Below the pieces are notes generated by a model. The model did no database searches, was not told the DNA's origin, and was given only the letters and a program-made list of their open reading frames with translations. The translations under genes were made by a program, and so were the position numbers. Shown one piece after another: positions 56,498 to 64,000 of a DNA stretch of 64,000 nt. This DNA comes from Candidatus Omnitrophota bacterium (GTDB lineage: Bacteria; Omnitrophota; Gorgyraeia; Pluralincolimonadales; Pluralincolimonadaceae). Where the stretch lies: positions 64,346 to 128,345 of the forward strand of contig JBAZFB010000003.1 in NCBI GenBank assembly GCA_041653595.1. Reading direction: 5' to 3'. Numbering within the stretch: the first letter of the stretch is position 1; each line of letters starts with the position of its first letter.

Positions 56498-57201
56498 TGA
56501 AAGAGAAAGTGATCTTTTCCTGGAGCGGCGGCAAGGATAGCGCCCTTGCCCTTTACGAATTAAAAGAAAGCGGAAAATACGAGATTACGGCACTGCTTAC
56601 GACCATCACGAAGGATTACGACAGGGTAAGCATGCACGGGGTAAGGACTGCGCTGCTGGAGGCGCAGGCGGTATCTCTCGGCATAAAACTTGAAAAGGCG
56701 TGGATGACAAAAGGCGCCGCTATCGAAGAGAACGAGTCGAAAATAGGCGAGATCATGCGAAGGTATTTTGCCGAGGGGGTGCTTTTGGCCGGCGCGGGAG
56801 ATATCTGGCTGGAGGATGTGAAAAAATACAAAGATGACAATCTCGCGCGCATCGGAATGAAAGGCATCTATCCGCTATGGAAGCGCGACAGCGGCCAATT
56901 GGCCCGCAAGTTCATAGATTTGGGATTTAAGTCGGTCATCGTATGCGTCGATTCGACGCTGCTTGCCAAAGAGTTTATAGGAAGGGAGTTTGACGAGTCG
57001 TTCCTGGCCGACCTGCCTGCCGGCGTCGACCCGTGCGGAGAGAACGGCGAATTCCATTCGTTCGTATACGCGGGCCCGGTATTCCGCCATGAGATACCGT
57101 TTGTAAAAGGCGAGATCGTGCTCAGGGATAACCGCTATTATTTCTGCGACCTCTTGCCCGCGAATGCCGCCGTGGCGGCGCAGGAAACTGTTGATTTTTG
57201 A
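56497..57201 (+). CDS. Dph6-related ATP pyrophosphatase (MJ0570/DUF71 family PP-loop protein)
   Basis: 'VIFSWSGGKDSALALYEL' N-terminus and 'ENGEFHSFVY' C-terminal block of the diphthine-ammonia ligase-like family. Confidence 0.7.
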   Translation: MKEKVIFSWSGGKDSALALYELKESGKYEITALLTTITKDYDRVSMHGVRTALLEAQAVSLGIKLEKAWMTKGAAIEENESKIGEIMRRYFAEGVLLAGAGDIWLEDVKKYKDDNLARIGMKGIYPLWKRDSGQLARKFIDLGFKSVIVCVDSTLLAKEFIGREFDESFLADLPAGVDPCGENGEFHSFVYAGPVFRHEIPFVKGEIVLRDNRYYFCDLLPANAAVAAQETVDF

Positions 57202-57241
57202 CGTTTTTGTGATAACATAGGAAACCTAAACCAAAAAATTT

Positions 57242-57318
57242 GGCGGCGTAGCTCAGATGGTTAGAGCGAGCGGCTCATACCCGCTATGTCATCCGTTCGA
57301 TCCGGATCGCCGCCACCA
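57242..57318 (+). tRNA. tRNA with CAT anticodon (elongator Met or lysidine-modified Ile2), CCA-encoded
   Basis: Cloverleaf: acceptor GGCGGCG/CGCCGCC, D-arm 'TAGCTCAGATGGTTAGAGC', anticodon loop CTCATAC, T-arm 'GTTCGATCC'; G1:C72 paired so not initiator. Confidence 0.8.
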
Positions 57319-57371
57319 TCCTATTTCGCGGAAAACAGAGGAAAAGGCATATGGATATGCCGCCATTCGAG

Positions 57372-57405
57372 AACAACCCGTTATAATTAAGGGTTGTTTC
57401 TTGTT
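57372..57405 (+). terminator. Hairpin plus T-rich tail downstream of tRNA (candidate intrinsic terminator)
   Basis: Inverted repeat AACAACCC (57372-57379) / GGGTTGTT (57391-57398) with 11-nt loop, then TCTTGTT. Confidence 0.35.
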
Positions 57406-57421
57406 ATGAGGAGGGAAATCG

Positions 57422-58021
57422 ATGAAAAAGCTGGTCGTGTTTGTTTTGGCGTTTTCTTTCTTAGGCGTCTTGGGCCATGCCCAGATATTGAAGCGTCCCG
57501 GCTCCGGCTCGGTCAAGACCGTCCAGAAGGTCGCGGTATATGATGAAGGGAAAGGTATTTTTATCCCTAGCGGATGGATGGGCGATGTGGGCGCGATAAA
57601 AGTCGAGCCCAAGTGCGCCGAAAAGCCGAAGAAGGGCAAATATTGCATGAAATGGACATATGATATTTCCAAGGACGCCAAGAACGGTTGGGCCGGCGTT
57701 TATTGGCAATATCCGGCGAACAATTGGGGTACCAAGAGCGGGCTCGATCTCACCGGCCACAAAAAACTTACTCTTTGGGCGAGGGGAGAAACGGGTAAAG
57801 AGGTCATAAATATAATAGCCGGAGGCATAAAAGGACAAGTTCCCGATTCGTTCATCAAAGAACTGAAAGGCACTAAACTCTCCTCTGAATGGAAGCAGTA
57901 TACTATAGACCTTTCAGGCAGGGACCTTTCCAATGTCTCGGGGGGTTTTTGCTGGACGGCGGACAGCAAGCTAAATAAAGGGGCCGTAACTTTTTATTTT
58001 GACGATATACTCTATGAATGA
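57422..58021 (+). CDS. Secreted hypothetical protein (beta-sandwich-like)
   Basis: Signal peptide 'MKKLVVFVLAFSFLGVLGHA'; GAGGAGGG Shine-Dalgarno upstream; Trp/Gly-rich, no catalytic motif recognised. Confidence 0.4.
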   Translation: MKKLVVFVLAFSFLGVLGHAQILKRPGSGSVKTVQKVAVYDEGKGIFIPSGWMGDVGAIKVEPKCAEKPKKGKYCMKWTYDISKDAKNGWAGVYWQYPANNWGTKSGLDLTGHKKLTLWARGETGKEVINIIAGGIKGQVPDSFIKELKGTKLSSEWKQYTIDLSGRDLSNVSGGFCWTADSKLNKGAVTFYFDDILYE

Positions 58022-59414
58022 TCACATGCTCATCGATACGATAAAAAAGACAATTAAAAAGTACGGGTTGATAGAGAAGGGCGACAGGGTGATAGTCGCC
58101 GTCTCCGGTGGCCCGGACTCTACCGCGCTCCTGCTCGCGCTCAACGGTTTGAAACGCGAGTACGGCCTTAGGCTCCGCATAGCGCATCTCGACCACATGT
58201 TCCGCGCGGCCGGGGAGACGAAGAAGGACCGCGAATACGTATCGTCGCTTTCCAGGAGGCTTGGCATCCCCCTTATTTTTGAGCGGATCGATGTCCCCGC
58301 GTACGCCGAAGAGAGCGGGCTTTCGCTTGAGGAGGCGGCGCGCGAGAAGAGGTACGGATTTTTGCTCAAAGCCGCAAAGGACGCCGGCGCGAAAAAGATC
58401 GCTCTCGGCCATACCATGGACGACCAGGCCGAGACCGTCCTGATGAGGCTTATCCGCGGTTCCGGTTTGGGAGGCCTGCGCGGCATACCGCCGAAGCGGC
58501 CCCTCGACGGCGTATTAATAGTGCGGCCGCTTATAGAGGCCTGGAGAAAAGAGGTCGAGGAATATCTGAAGGGGAAGGGCGTAAAACCGCGCCTGGATGC
58601 CACTAATTTTATGCGTAAGTTCCTGCGGAACAGGATCAGGCATGAACTGATCGCCGTCCTCAAGAAATATAACCCGAACATCAAAGAGGTCCTTGCCAGG
58701 AGCGCGCAGAATTTCAGCTATGACTACGAGGCCCTTTCTGGCGCCGTAGACAAATCGTGCAAGGGATGCCTCAAGGCCAAGGGCGGTTCCGCGGCAGTGG
58801 ACCTGCGGAGATTAAAAGGCAAACAAACAGGCATACGCCGCGGCATCCTGCGGAAGGCCATAGAGATATCAAAAGGGGACCTTCGCGGCATAGATTATTC
58901 CCATATCGAGGATATAGAGGACCTCATAAAAACGGGAAAAGGCGCTATGGATCTTCCCGGAAAGATGAGGGTCGTGAGGACAAAAGATGCCCTGATATTC
59001 GGCAAGACGGAAGCCGGGGCTGTTTTTCCCAAGGTGTTGAAACGGATATCCGTGCCCGGATCGACGTTTATCCCCGGGCTGAAATTGACCTTCGTTACGA
59101 AGTTCGCGGGGTCAAATGTGAAGCTGGGCGGATCGAAGTCCGCCGAATATGTCGATTTTGCGAAGATAAAAGGGCCCCTCTATGTAAGGACCTGGGAGAA
59201 GGGCGACAGGTTCAGGCCGCTCGGGATGGCGAAGGAGAAGAAATTGCAGGATTTCTTCATGGATTTGAAAGTCCCCCGCGGCAAAAGGGAGAGGGTGCCT
59301 TTGCTCGTCTCCGGCAGGGATATAATCTGGGTCTGCGGCATGCGGCTTTCCGACGCGGTGAAGATCGGTAACGTCACGGAACGCGTCCTCAAGATCTCAT
59401 ACAAGACAGCCTAA
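57999..59414 (+). CDS. tilS: tRNA(Ile)-lysidine synthetase
   Basis: 'RVIVAVSGGPDSTALL' PP-loop, 'RIAHLDHMFR', 'LGHTMDDQAETVLMRLIRGSG' TilS blocks; ~470 aa. Confidence 0.85.
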   Translation: MTIYSMNDHMLIDTIKKTIKKYGLIEKGDRVIVAVSGGPDSTALLLALNGLKREYGLRLRIAHLDHMFRAAGETKKDREYVSSLSRRLGIPLIFERIDVPAYAEESGLSLEEAAREKRYGFLLKAAKDAGAKKIALGHTMDDQAETVLMRLIRGSGLGGLRGIPPKRPLDGVLIVRPLIEAWRKEVEEYLKGKGVKPRLDATNFMRKFLRNRIRHELIAVLKKYNPNIKEVLARSAQNFSYDYEALSGAVDKSCKGCLKAKGGSAAVDLRRLKGKQTGIRRGILRKAIEISKGDLRGIDYSHIEDIEDLIKTGKGAMDLPGKMRVVRTKDALIFGKTEAGAVFPKVLKRISVPGSTFIPGLKLTFVTKFAGSNVKLGGSKSAEYVDFAKIKGPLYVRTWEKGDRFRPLGMAKEKKLQDFFMDLKVPRGKRERVPLLVSGRDIIWVCGMRLSDAVKIGNVTERVLKISYKTA

Positions 59415-59419
59415 TTCTC

Positions 59420-59449
59420 TTGCCTTTTACGGCGGCTTTCTGTTATAAT
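59420..59449 (+). promoter_or_regulatory. Candidate sigma70 promoter of ftsH (TTGCCT-18-TATAAT)
   Basis: -35-like TTGCCT 59420-59425, 18-nt spacer, TATAAT 59444-59449; followed by AAAGGAAG Shine-Dalgarno and ATG 59475. Confidence 0.45.
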
Positions 59450-59474
59450 CAAAACCTCTAAAGGAAGATCCCCG

Positions 59475-61307
59475 ATGGCAAACGGAAATAAGAAGAAAAA
59501 AAAGAACAATCAAACCTTTTTTATAATACAACGGCTGGTTATGGCTTTGCTGTTCGTTGTGATTTTGATGTATGTCTTCCGCGAGCCGATGAACCTGCAG
59601 CAGCAGTCCGAGGAGATAAGCCTCTCCGACTTCACCAAATTACTCGTCGCCAAAAGAGTCGCGACCGCCGTAAAGAAAGACTATTCCATCACCGGGAAAC
59701 TTGTCGGCGAAAAACCCTATAAAGTCTTCGTCCCGGATTTCTATCCCGAACTCAATACTCTCTTGACGCAGAATACCGATTTTAAGGTAAGCGTAAACAA
59801 CGCGTTCTTGGCGAATTTCTTCTGGACCTTCGTGCCTGTCCTGCTGCTCATAGGGTTCTGGCTATACCTTTCCAGGAACGCTCAGGCGGCCGGCGGCAGG
59901 ATATGGTCCTTTGGAAAGAGCCGCGCGCGCCAGTTCGCCGGCGGGGCGGTGAAGATCACGTTCCAGGATGTCGCGGGCGTAGATGAGGCGAAGGAAGAGC
60001 TCCAGGAGGTAATAGAATTTTTGAAGGACCCGCGCAAATTCACTCGCCTCGGCGGAAAGATACCGAAGGGCGTCTTGCTTATCGGCCCGCCGGGAACAGG
60101 GAAGACGCTCCTCGCCAAGGCGGTCGCAGGCGAGGCTGATGTCCCGTTCTTCTCCATAAGCGGATCGGATTTTGTCGAGATGTTCGTCGGAGTCGGCGCA
60201 TCGAGGGTGCGCGACCTCTTTGAGGAGGCGAAACGCGCCGCGAAGTTAGGCGGCAAGGGCTGCATAATTTTCGTCGATGAGATCGACGCGGTCGGAAGAC
60301 AGCGGTTCGCCGGCGTCGGCGGCGGCAACGACGAGCGCGAACAGACGCTGAACGCCCTTCTCGTCGAGATGGACGGTTTCGGCACCCAGGAAGGCGTCAT
60401 AGTCATCGCCGCGACCAACAGGCCGGATGTCCTTGACAGCGCTCTCCTGCGTCCGGGTAGGTTCGACAGGGTAATTTACGTTACAGAGCCCGACATCATA
60501 GGAAGAGAGGCGATACTGAAAGTCCACGCGAAGAACGTGAAACTGGCGCCCGAAGTAGACCTGAAACTTGTGGCCCAGAGGACCGTCGGATTTTCAGGCG
60601 CAGACCTGGCCAATCTCGTAAATGAGGCGGCATTACTCGCTTCACGCAGGAATAAAGATGCCGTTACGATGGAGGAGTTGGGTGAATCGATAGAGAGGGT
60701 CATTGCCGGGCCGGCGAGAAAGAGCCGCGTAATGTCGGCGCACGAGAAGGAGATAACCGCCTACCACGAATCCGGGCATGCCCTGCTTTCGCTCTTGATC
60801 GCGAAGGCCGAGCCGCTGCATAAGGTAACCATACTTCCGAGGGGCATGGCAGGCGGGTATACGCTAACCGCCCCGACCGAAGACAGATATTATAAATCCA
60901 AGAATGAGCTCTTAGCCGAGATAACCGTGTCATTAGGCGGCCGCGCGTCCGAAGAAATTTTGTTCAACGATGTGACTACGGGCGCCAGAAGCGATATCAA
61001 AGTTGCGACCAAAATAGCGAGGCGCATGGTGACTGAATTCGGGATGAGCGACAAGCTTGGAAATCTTACTCTCGGGTATAGGCCGGACCAGATATTCCTG
61101 GGAAGGGACATCTATGAGGAAAAAAATTACAGCGACCAGACCGCATTGATCATAGACGAGGAAGTGAAGCGTATCGTTGATGAATGCTACATCCGCGCTA
61201 GACAGACGCTCATTGATAACAAGGACAAGTTGACCTCGCTGGCTATGAAGCTGTTGGATAAAGAGGTCCTCGACGTCAAGGAAGTAAAAGAACTCCTGGG
61301 GCTTTAA
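59475..61307 (+). CDS. ftsH: ATP-dependent zinc metalloprotease FtsH
   Basis: Two N-terminal TM segments, Walker A 'GPPGTGKT', SRH, 'HESGHAL' HExxH zinc site. Confidence 0.95.
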   Translation: MANGNKKKKKNNQTFFIIQRLVMALLFVVILMYVFREPMNLQQQSEEISLSDFTKLLVAKRVATAVKKDYSITGKLVGEKPYKVFVPDFYPELNTLLTQNTDFKVSVNNAFLANFFWTFVPVLLLIGFWLYLSRNAQAAGGRIWSFGKSRARQFAGGAVKITFQDVAGVDEAKEELQEVIEFLKDPRKFTRLGGKIPKGVLLIGPPGTGKTLLAKAVAGEADVPFFSISGSDFVEMFVGVGASRVRDLFEEAKRAAKLGGKGCIIFVDEIDAVGRQRFAGVGGGNDEREQTLNALLVEMDGFGTQEGVIVIAATNRPDVLDSALLRPGRFDRVIYVTEPDIIGREAILKVHAKNVKLAPEVDLKLVAQRTVGFSGADLANLVNEAALLASRRNKDAVTMEELGESIERVIAGPARKSRVMSAHEKEITAYHESGHALLSLLIAKAEPLHKVTILPRGMAGGYTLTAPTEDRYYKSKNELLAEITVSLGGRASEEILFNDVTTGARSDIKVATKIARRMVTEFGMSDKLGNLTLGYRPDQIFLGRDIYEEKNYSDQTALIIDEEVKRIVDECYIRARQTLIDNKDKLTSLAMKLLDKEVLDVKEVKELLGL

Positions 61308-61308
61308 T

Positions 61309-62526
61309 ATGGACCTCCGCGTCATCGAGATAAAAGCCTTGGAGGAAGCGGCGGAGGAACTTGCCGCGCTCAATGTCCATAAGGGCGGCGTCGCGATAAT
61401 GGCGCCCAAAGCGGTCACGAGGATAATAAAGATCGGCGGGATCGATTCCGTGGCGCTGAATATCCTCAAACAGGAGATGCTCTCGGCCGGAGGCGACTGC
61501 GCCGTCTCGTGGGACGCCTTCATAAGAAGGAACAAGGATTCCGAAGGTATACTGATCGGCACTATAGCGCAGATAAGCGAGGTCTGCGAGAAACTTGAAA
61601 AGCAGCCTTTCGGGCTTTCCGCGCTGGCGCAAAAGATACGGGCGCTTGAGGCGGGTTATTGCAGGAAAGATATTGTGCTGCGCGCCGGCAGATATAAGTT
61701 GAACCTGGGAAAGCGCGCGCATATAATGGGCGTATTGAATGTAACGCCCGATTCGTTCTCTGACGGCGGGATGTTTTTTGACAGGGAATACGCGGTCGGC
61801 CGCGGACTTAAGATGGAATCGGACGGCGCCGACATAATAGATATCGGAGGGGAATCGACGCGGCCCGGCGCCAAGCCGGTCCCGGCAAGGGAAGAATGCA
61901 GGCGGATCATCCCGGTGGTCAAGGCCCTGGTAAAGCGGCTTCGAACACCTGTTTCGGTCGATACCTCAAAATCTGAAGTCGCGGAAGCGGCGCTGGACGC
62001 CGGCGCGGCGATGATAAATGACGTCACCGGATTAAGAAGAGACCGGCGAATAGCAAAACTTGCCGGCAGGTATAAGGCCGCGTTAGTCCTGATGCACATG
62101 AAGGGCTCTCCGCGGACGATGCAGAAGGACCCGCGTTATAAAGACCTGATGTCGGAGATAGCGGACAGCCTGCGCAAAAGCGCCGCAGTAGCAGCGGAGG
62201 CGGGCGTATCAGGCGACAGGATCGTCGTCGACCCGGGCATAGGCTTCGGCAAGACGCTTGAGCATAACCTGAAAATATTGAATAAACTGGGCGAATTGAG
62301 GTCACTCGGTTACCCGGTCATGGTCGGGCCGTCGCGTAAGGCTTTCATCGGGAAGGTATCCGGCGCCGGGACAGGCGGCAAGGTCCCGCCGGAGCGGGGC
62401 AGGGCATTCGGTACCGCGGCGGCGGTGGCTTTGGCCATAAATGCCGGCGCGGATATCGTAAGGGTCCATGACGTGAAAGAGATGCGGCAGGTCGCGCAAA
62501 TAACGGAAGCTATCTTAAATGTTTGA
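61309..62526 (+). CDS. folP: Dihydropteroate synthase with ~135-aa N-terminal extension domain
   Basis: DHPS core from 'HIMGVLNVTPDSFSDGG' through 'VDPGIGFGK'; preceded by an extra domain of unknown function. Confidence 0.85.
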   Translation: MDLRVIEIKALEEAAEELAALNVHKGGVAIMAPKAVTRIIKIGGIDSVALNILKQEMLSAGGDCAVSWDAFIRRNKDSEGILIGTIAQISEVCEKLEKQPFGLSALAQKIRALEAGYCRKDIVLRAGRYKLNLGKRAHIMGVLNVTPDSFSDGGMFFDREYAVGRGLKMESDGADIIDIGGESTRPGAKPVPAREECRRIIPVVKALVKRLRTPVSVDTSKSEVAEAALDAGAAMINDVTGLRRDRRIAKLAGRYKAALVLMHMKGSPRTMQKDPRYKDLMSEIADSLRKSAAVAAEAGVSGDRIVVDPGIGFGKTLEHNLKILNKLGELRSLGYPVMVGPSRKAFIGKVSGAGTGGKVPPERGRAFGTAAAVALAINAGADIVRVHDVKEMRQVAQITEAILNV

Positions 62527-63364
62527 AGAAATTTTCGATCTATCGCAGGCGAAGACGCCCACCGAGCTCATCATAAAAGTCTGGAAACCGCTTATAGAGA
62601 TCGGGACGATCTGGTATATGATCTATAAGCTGCTTGAATTCATAAAGGGCACGCGGGCCGTCCAGGTATTGCGCGGGATAATAGTAATAGCGGTCATATT
62701 CTTTCTTACCCAGCAGCTCCGTTTCGACGTCATAAACTGGATATTCACCAAACTCTTCGCGCTTTCGGTCATCGCCTTCCTGATCGTCTTCCAGCCTGAA
62801 ATGAGGAGCGGCCTCGCCAGGATAGGCAGGGAGAAGGTATTCGGGAATATAATAACCGAAGAGAGGACCATAGAAGAGATCGCGAAATCGGTATCGATAC
62901 TCGCCAGGAAAAAGATAGGCGCGATAATAGCGATACAGAGGGAGGTTAACCTCGAGCCGTATACGGAGAGCGGCGTCCAGTTGGACAGTACCATCACCAG
63001 CGAATTATTGAATACTATATTCATGCCCAATACGCCGCTCCATGACGGCGGGGTCATCGTCCACGGCGACAGGGTGGTCGCGGCCGGCTGCCTCTTCCCG
63101 CTGTCGCAGAACCCGGATATAAGCAAGCTGCTCGGCACAAGGCACAGGGCCGCAATAGGGTTGACCGAGGAGACGGATTCGGTATGCGTGCTCGTCTCCG
63201 AAGAGACAGGGATAATATCTATCGCGAACGCAGGAAAGCTCACGCGCGACCTGGACAGGGACCGTCTCATAAACCATCTGCGTTCCCTGCTCTACAGGCC
63301 AAAGAAAGAAAAGAAGTCGCACGTGAAATTGTCCATGGACCATTTTTTCAGGAAGAAGACATGA
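62519..63364 (+). CDS. cdaA: Diadenylate cyclase CdaA (DisA_N/DAC domain, membrane-anchored)
   Basis: Three N-terminal TM helices; DAC motifs 'DGGVIVHGDRVVAAGCLFPLS', 'TRHRAAIGLTEETDSVCVLVSEETG'. Confidence 0.9.
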   Translation: MFEEIFDLSQAKTPTELIIKVWKPLIEIGTIWYMIYKLLEFIKGTRAVQVLRGIIVIAVIFFLTQQLRFDVINWIFTKLFALSVIAFLIVFQPEMRSGLARIGREKVFGNIITEERTIEEIAKSVSILARKKIGAIIAIQREVNLEPYTESGVQLDSTITSELLNTIFMPNTPLHDGGVIVHGDRVVAAGCLFPLSQNPDISKLLGTRHRAAIGLTEETDSVCVLVSEETGIISIANAGKLTRDLDRDRLINHLRSLLYRPKKEKKSHVKLSMDHFFRKKT

Positions 63365-63522
63365 GCGATTGGTTCTCGAAAAATTTCTGGCTTAAGCTGG
63401 TCGCTTTTATTTTGGCGATCATAGTCTGGTCTTACGCCCGCCAGGAGTTGAAGAGCAACCCGGGCTATAAGGCCGAGAAGGCCCCGTATATCGAAGCCCC
63501 CGCAGTCGTCCCGCAAAAATAA
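63361..63522 (+). CDS. Small single-pass membrane protein resembling only the N-terminal anchor of CdaR/YbbR (53 aa)
   Basis: ATGA start/stop overlap with cdaA; 'FWLKLVAFILAIIVWSY' helix similar to the CdaR N-terminal TM; no YbbR repeats follow. Confidence 0.35.
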   Translation: MSDWFSKNFWLKLVAFILAIIVWSYARQELKSNPGYKAEKAPYIEAPAVVPQK

Positions 63523-63534
63523 TAATCCAAAAAT

Positions 63535-64000
63535 ATGGCTAAATTAGGCGTCAACATAGACCACGTCGCTACTTTAAGGCAGGCAAGGGGAGGCATCGAG
63601 CCCGATCCTGTCCTGGCCGCCCGCGTATGCGAGGCCGCCGGTTGCGATTCCATCGTCGCGCATTTAAGGGAAGACAGGCGGCATATGCAGGACCGCGACC
63701 TTTATATATTGAGGAAGACGGTGAGGACACGGCTCAACATGGAGATGTCTATCGCGAGCGGGATCGTAAAAGCCGCGTTGGACCTGATGCCGGACCAGGC
63801 GACGCTCGTCCCTGAAAGGCGGCTGGAGGTCACCACCGAAGGCGGGCTCGATTGCATAAAATACGGAAAGCGCATCGCTTCGGCGGTCGATAAGCTCAGA
63901 GGCAGAGGGATAGCGGTGAGCCTGTTCATCGATCCCGCGCAGAAGCAGATAAAAGCGGCGCAGGCGACAGGCTGCGGATTTATCGAGCTCCATACCGGCG
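63535..64000 (+). CDS. pdxJ: Pyridoxine 5'-phosphate synthase, 3'-truncated by window edge
   Basis: 'KLGVNIDHVATLRQARGG..PDP' PdxJ N-terminus; frame open to end of window. Confidence 0.85.
   Translation, partial: MAKLGVNIDHVATLRQARGGIEPDPVLAARVCEAAGCDSIVAHLREDRRHMQDRDLYILRKTVRTRLNMEMSIASGIVKAALDLMPDQATLVPERRLEVTTEGGLDCIKYGKRIASAVDKLRGRGIAVSLFIDPAQKQIKAAQATGCGFIELHTG

Noticed and set aside
59484-59505. Homopolymeric A8 tract near the ftsH start (and A8 tracts at ~3748 and ~39750) as phase-variation switches
   Set aside because: They encode Lys-rich N-termini in frame. Eight As is short for slipped-strand switching, and nothing suggests the two-frame continuity that phase-variable genes show.
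1-64000. CRISPR arrays, integrases/transposases, toxin-antitoxin pairs, prophage or other mobile elements
   Set aside because: No direct-repeat/spacer arrays, no recombinase-like ORFs and no long non-coding stretches were found. The window appears to be core chromosome.

Overview
The window is a gene-dense stretch of bacterial chromosome of about 55% GC. Every protein-coding gene lies on the + strand, many starts and stops overlap, and the only RNA gene found is a tRNA(CAT); no mobile elements or CRISPR arrays were found.

The contents, in order:
- 1-5.3 kb: a partial polysaccharide deacetylase, tsaD, an MgtC-family gene, a bactofilin fused to an excisionase-type HTH plus a second membrane-anchored HTH protein, and larB-larC (nickel-pincer cofactor synthesis).
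- 5.3-26 kb: a large type II secretion / type IV pilus-like cluster with unusual architecture (features and findings give the gene-by-gene detail).
- 26-42.8 kb: a housekeeping block of polA, glgA, coaE, a small GGDEF gene, rho, rpmE, prfA, prmC, murA, rpsP, trmD, rplS, rnhB, a histidine phosphatase, a secreted glycoside hydrolase-like protein, rlmN and a large secreted hypothetical.
- 42.9-53.6 kb: a one-carbon/tetrahydrofolate operon (fhs-fchA-folD-metV-metF, a stand-alone MetH activation domain, the metH core, panB) followed by nfnAB-like genes.
- 53.6-59.4 kb: a run of PP-loop ATPases (mnmA, larE, a Dph6-like enzyme, then tilS) interrupted by the tRNA(CAT) and a secreted hypothetical.
- 59.4-64 kb: ftsH, folP with an N-terminal extension, cdaA, a CdaR-like single-helix remnant, and partial pdxJ.

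The best candidate for a novel system is the pilus/secretion cluster: a pseudopilus machine that looks adapted to display lectin-tipped giant GspK proteins, possibly for attachment. Heavy use of ATA and AGG codons together with the secretion and tetrahydrofolate genes is compatible with a small-genome PVC-like or candidate-phylum organism, but that is only an inference.
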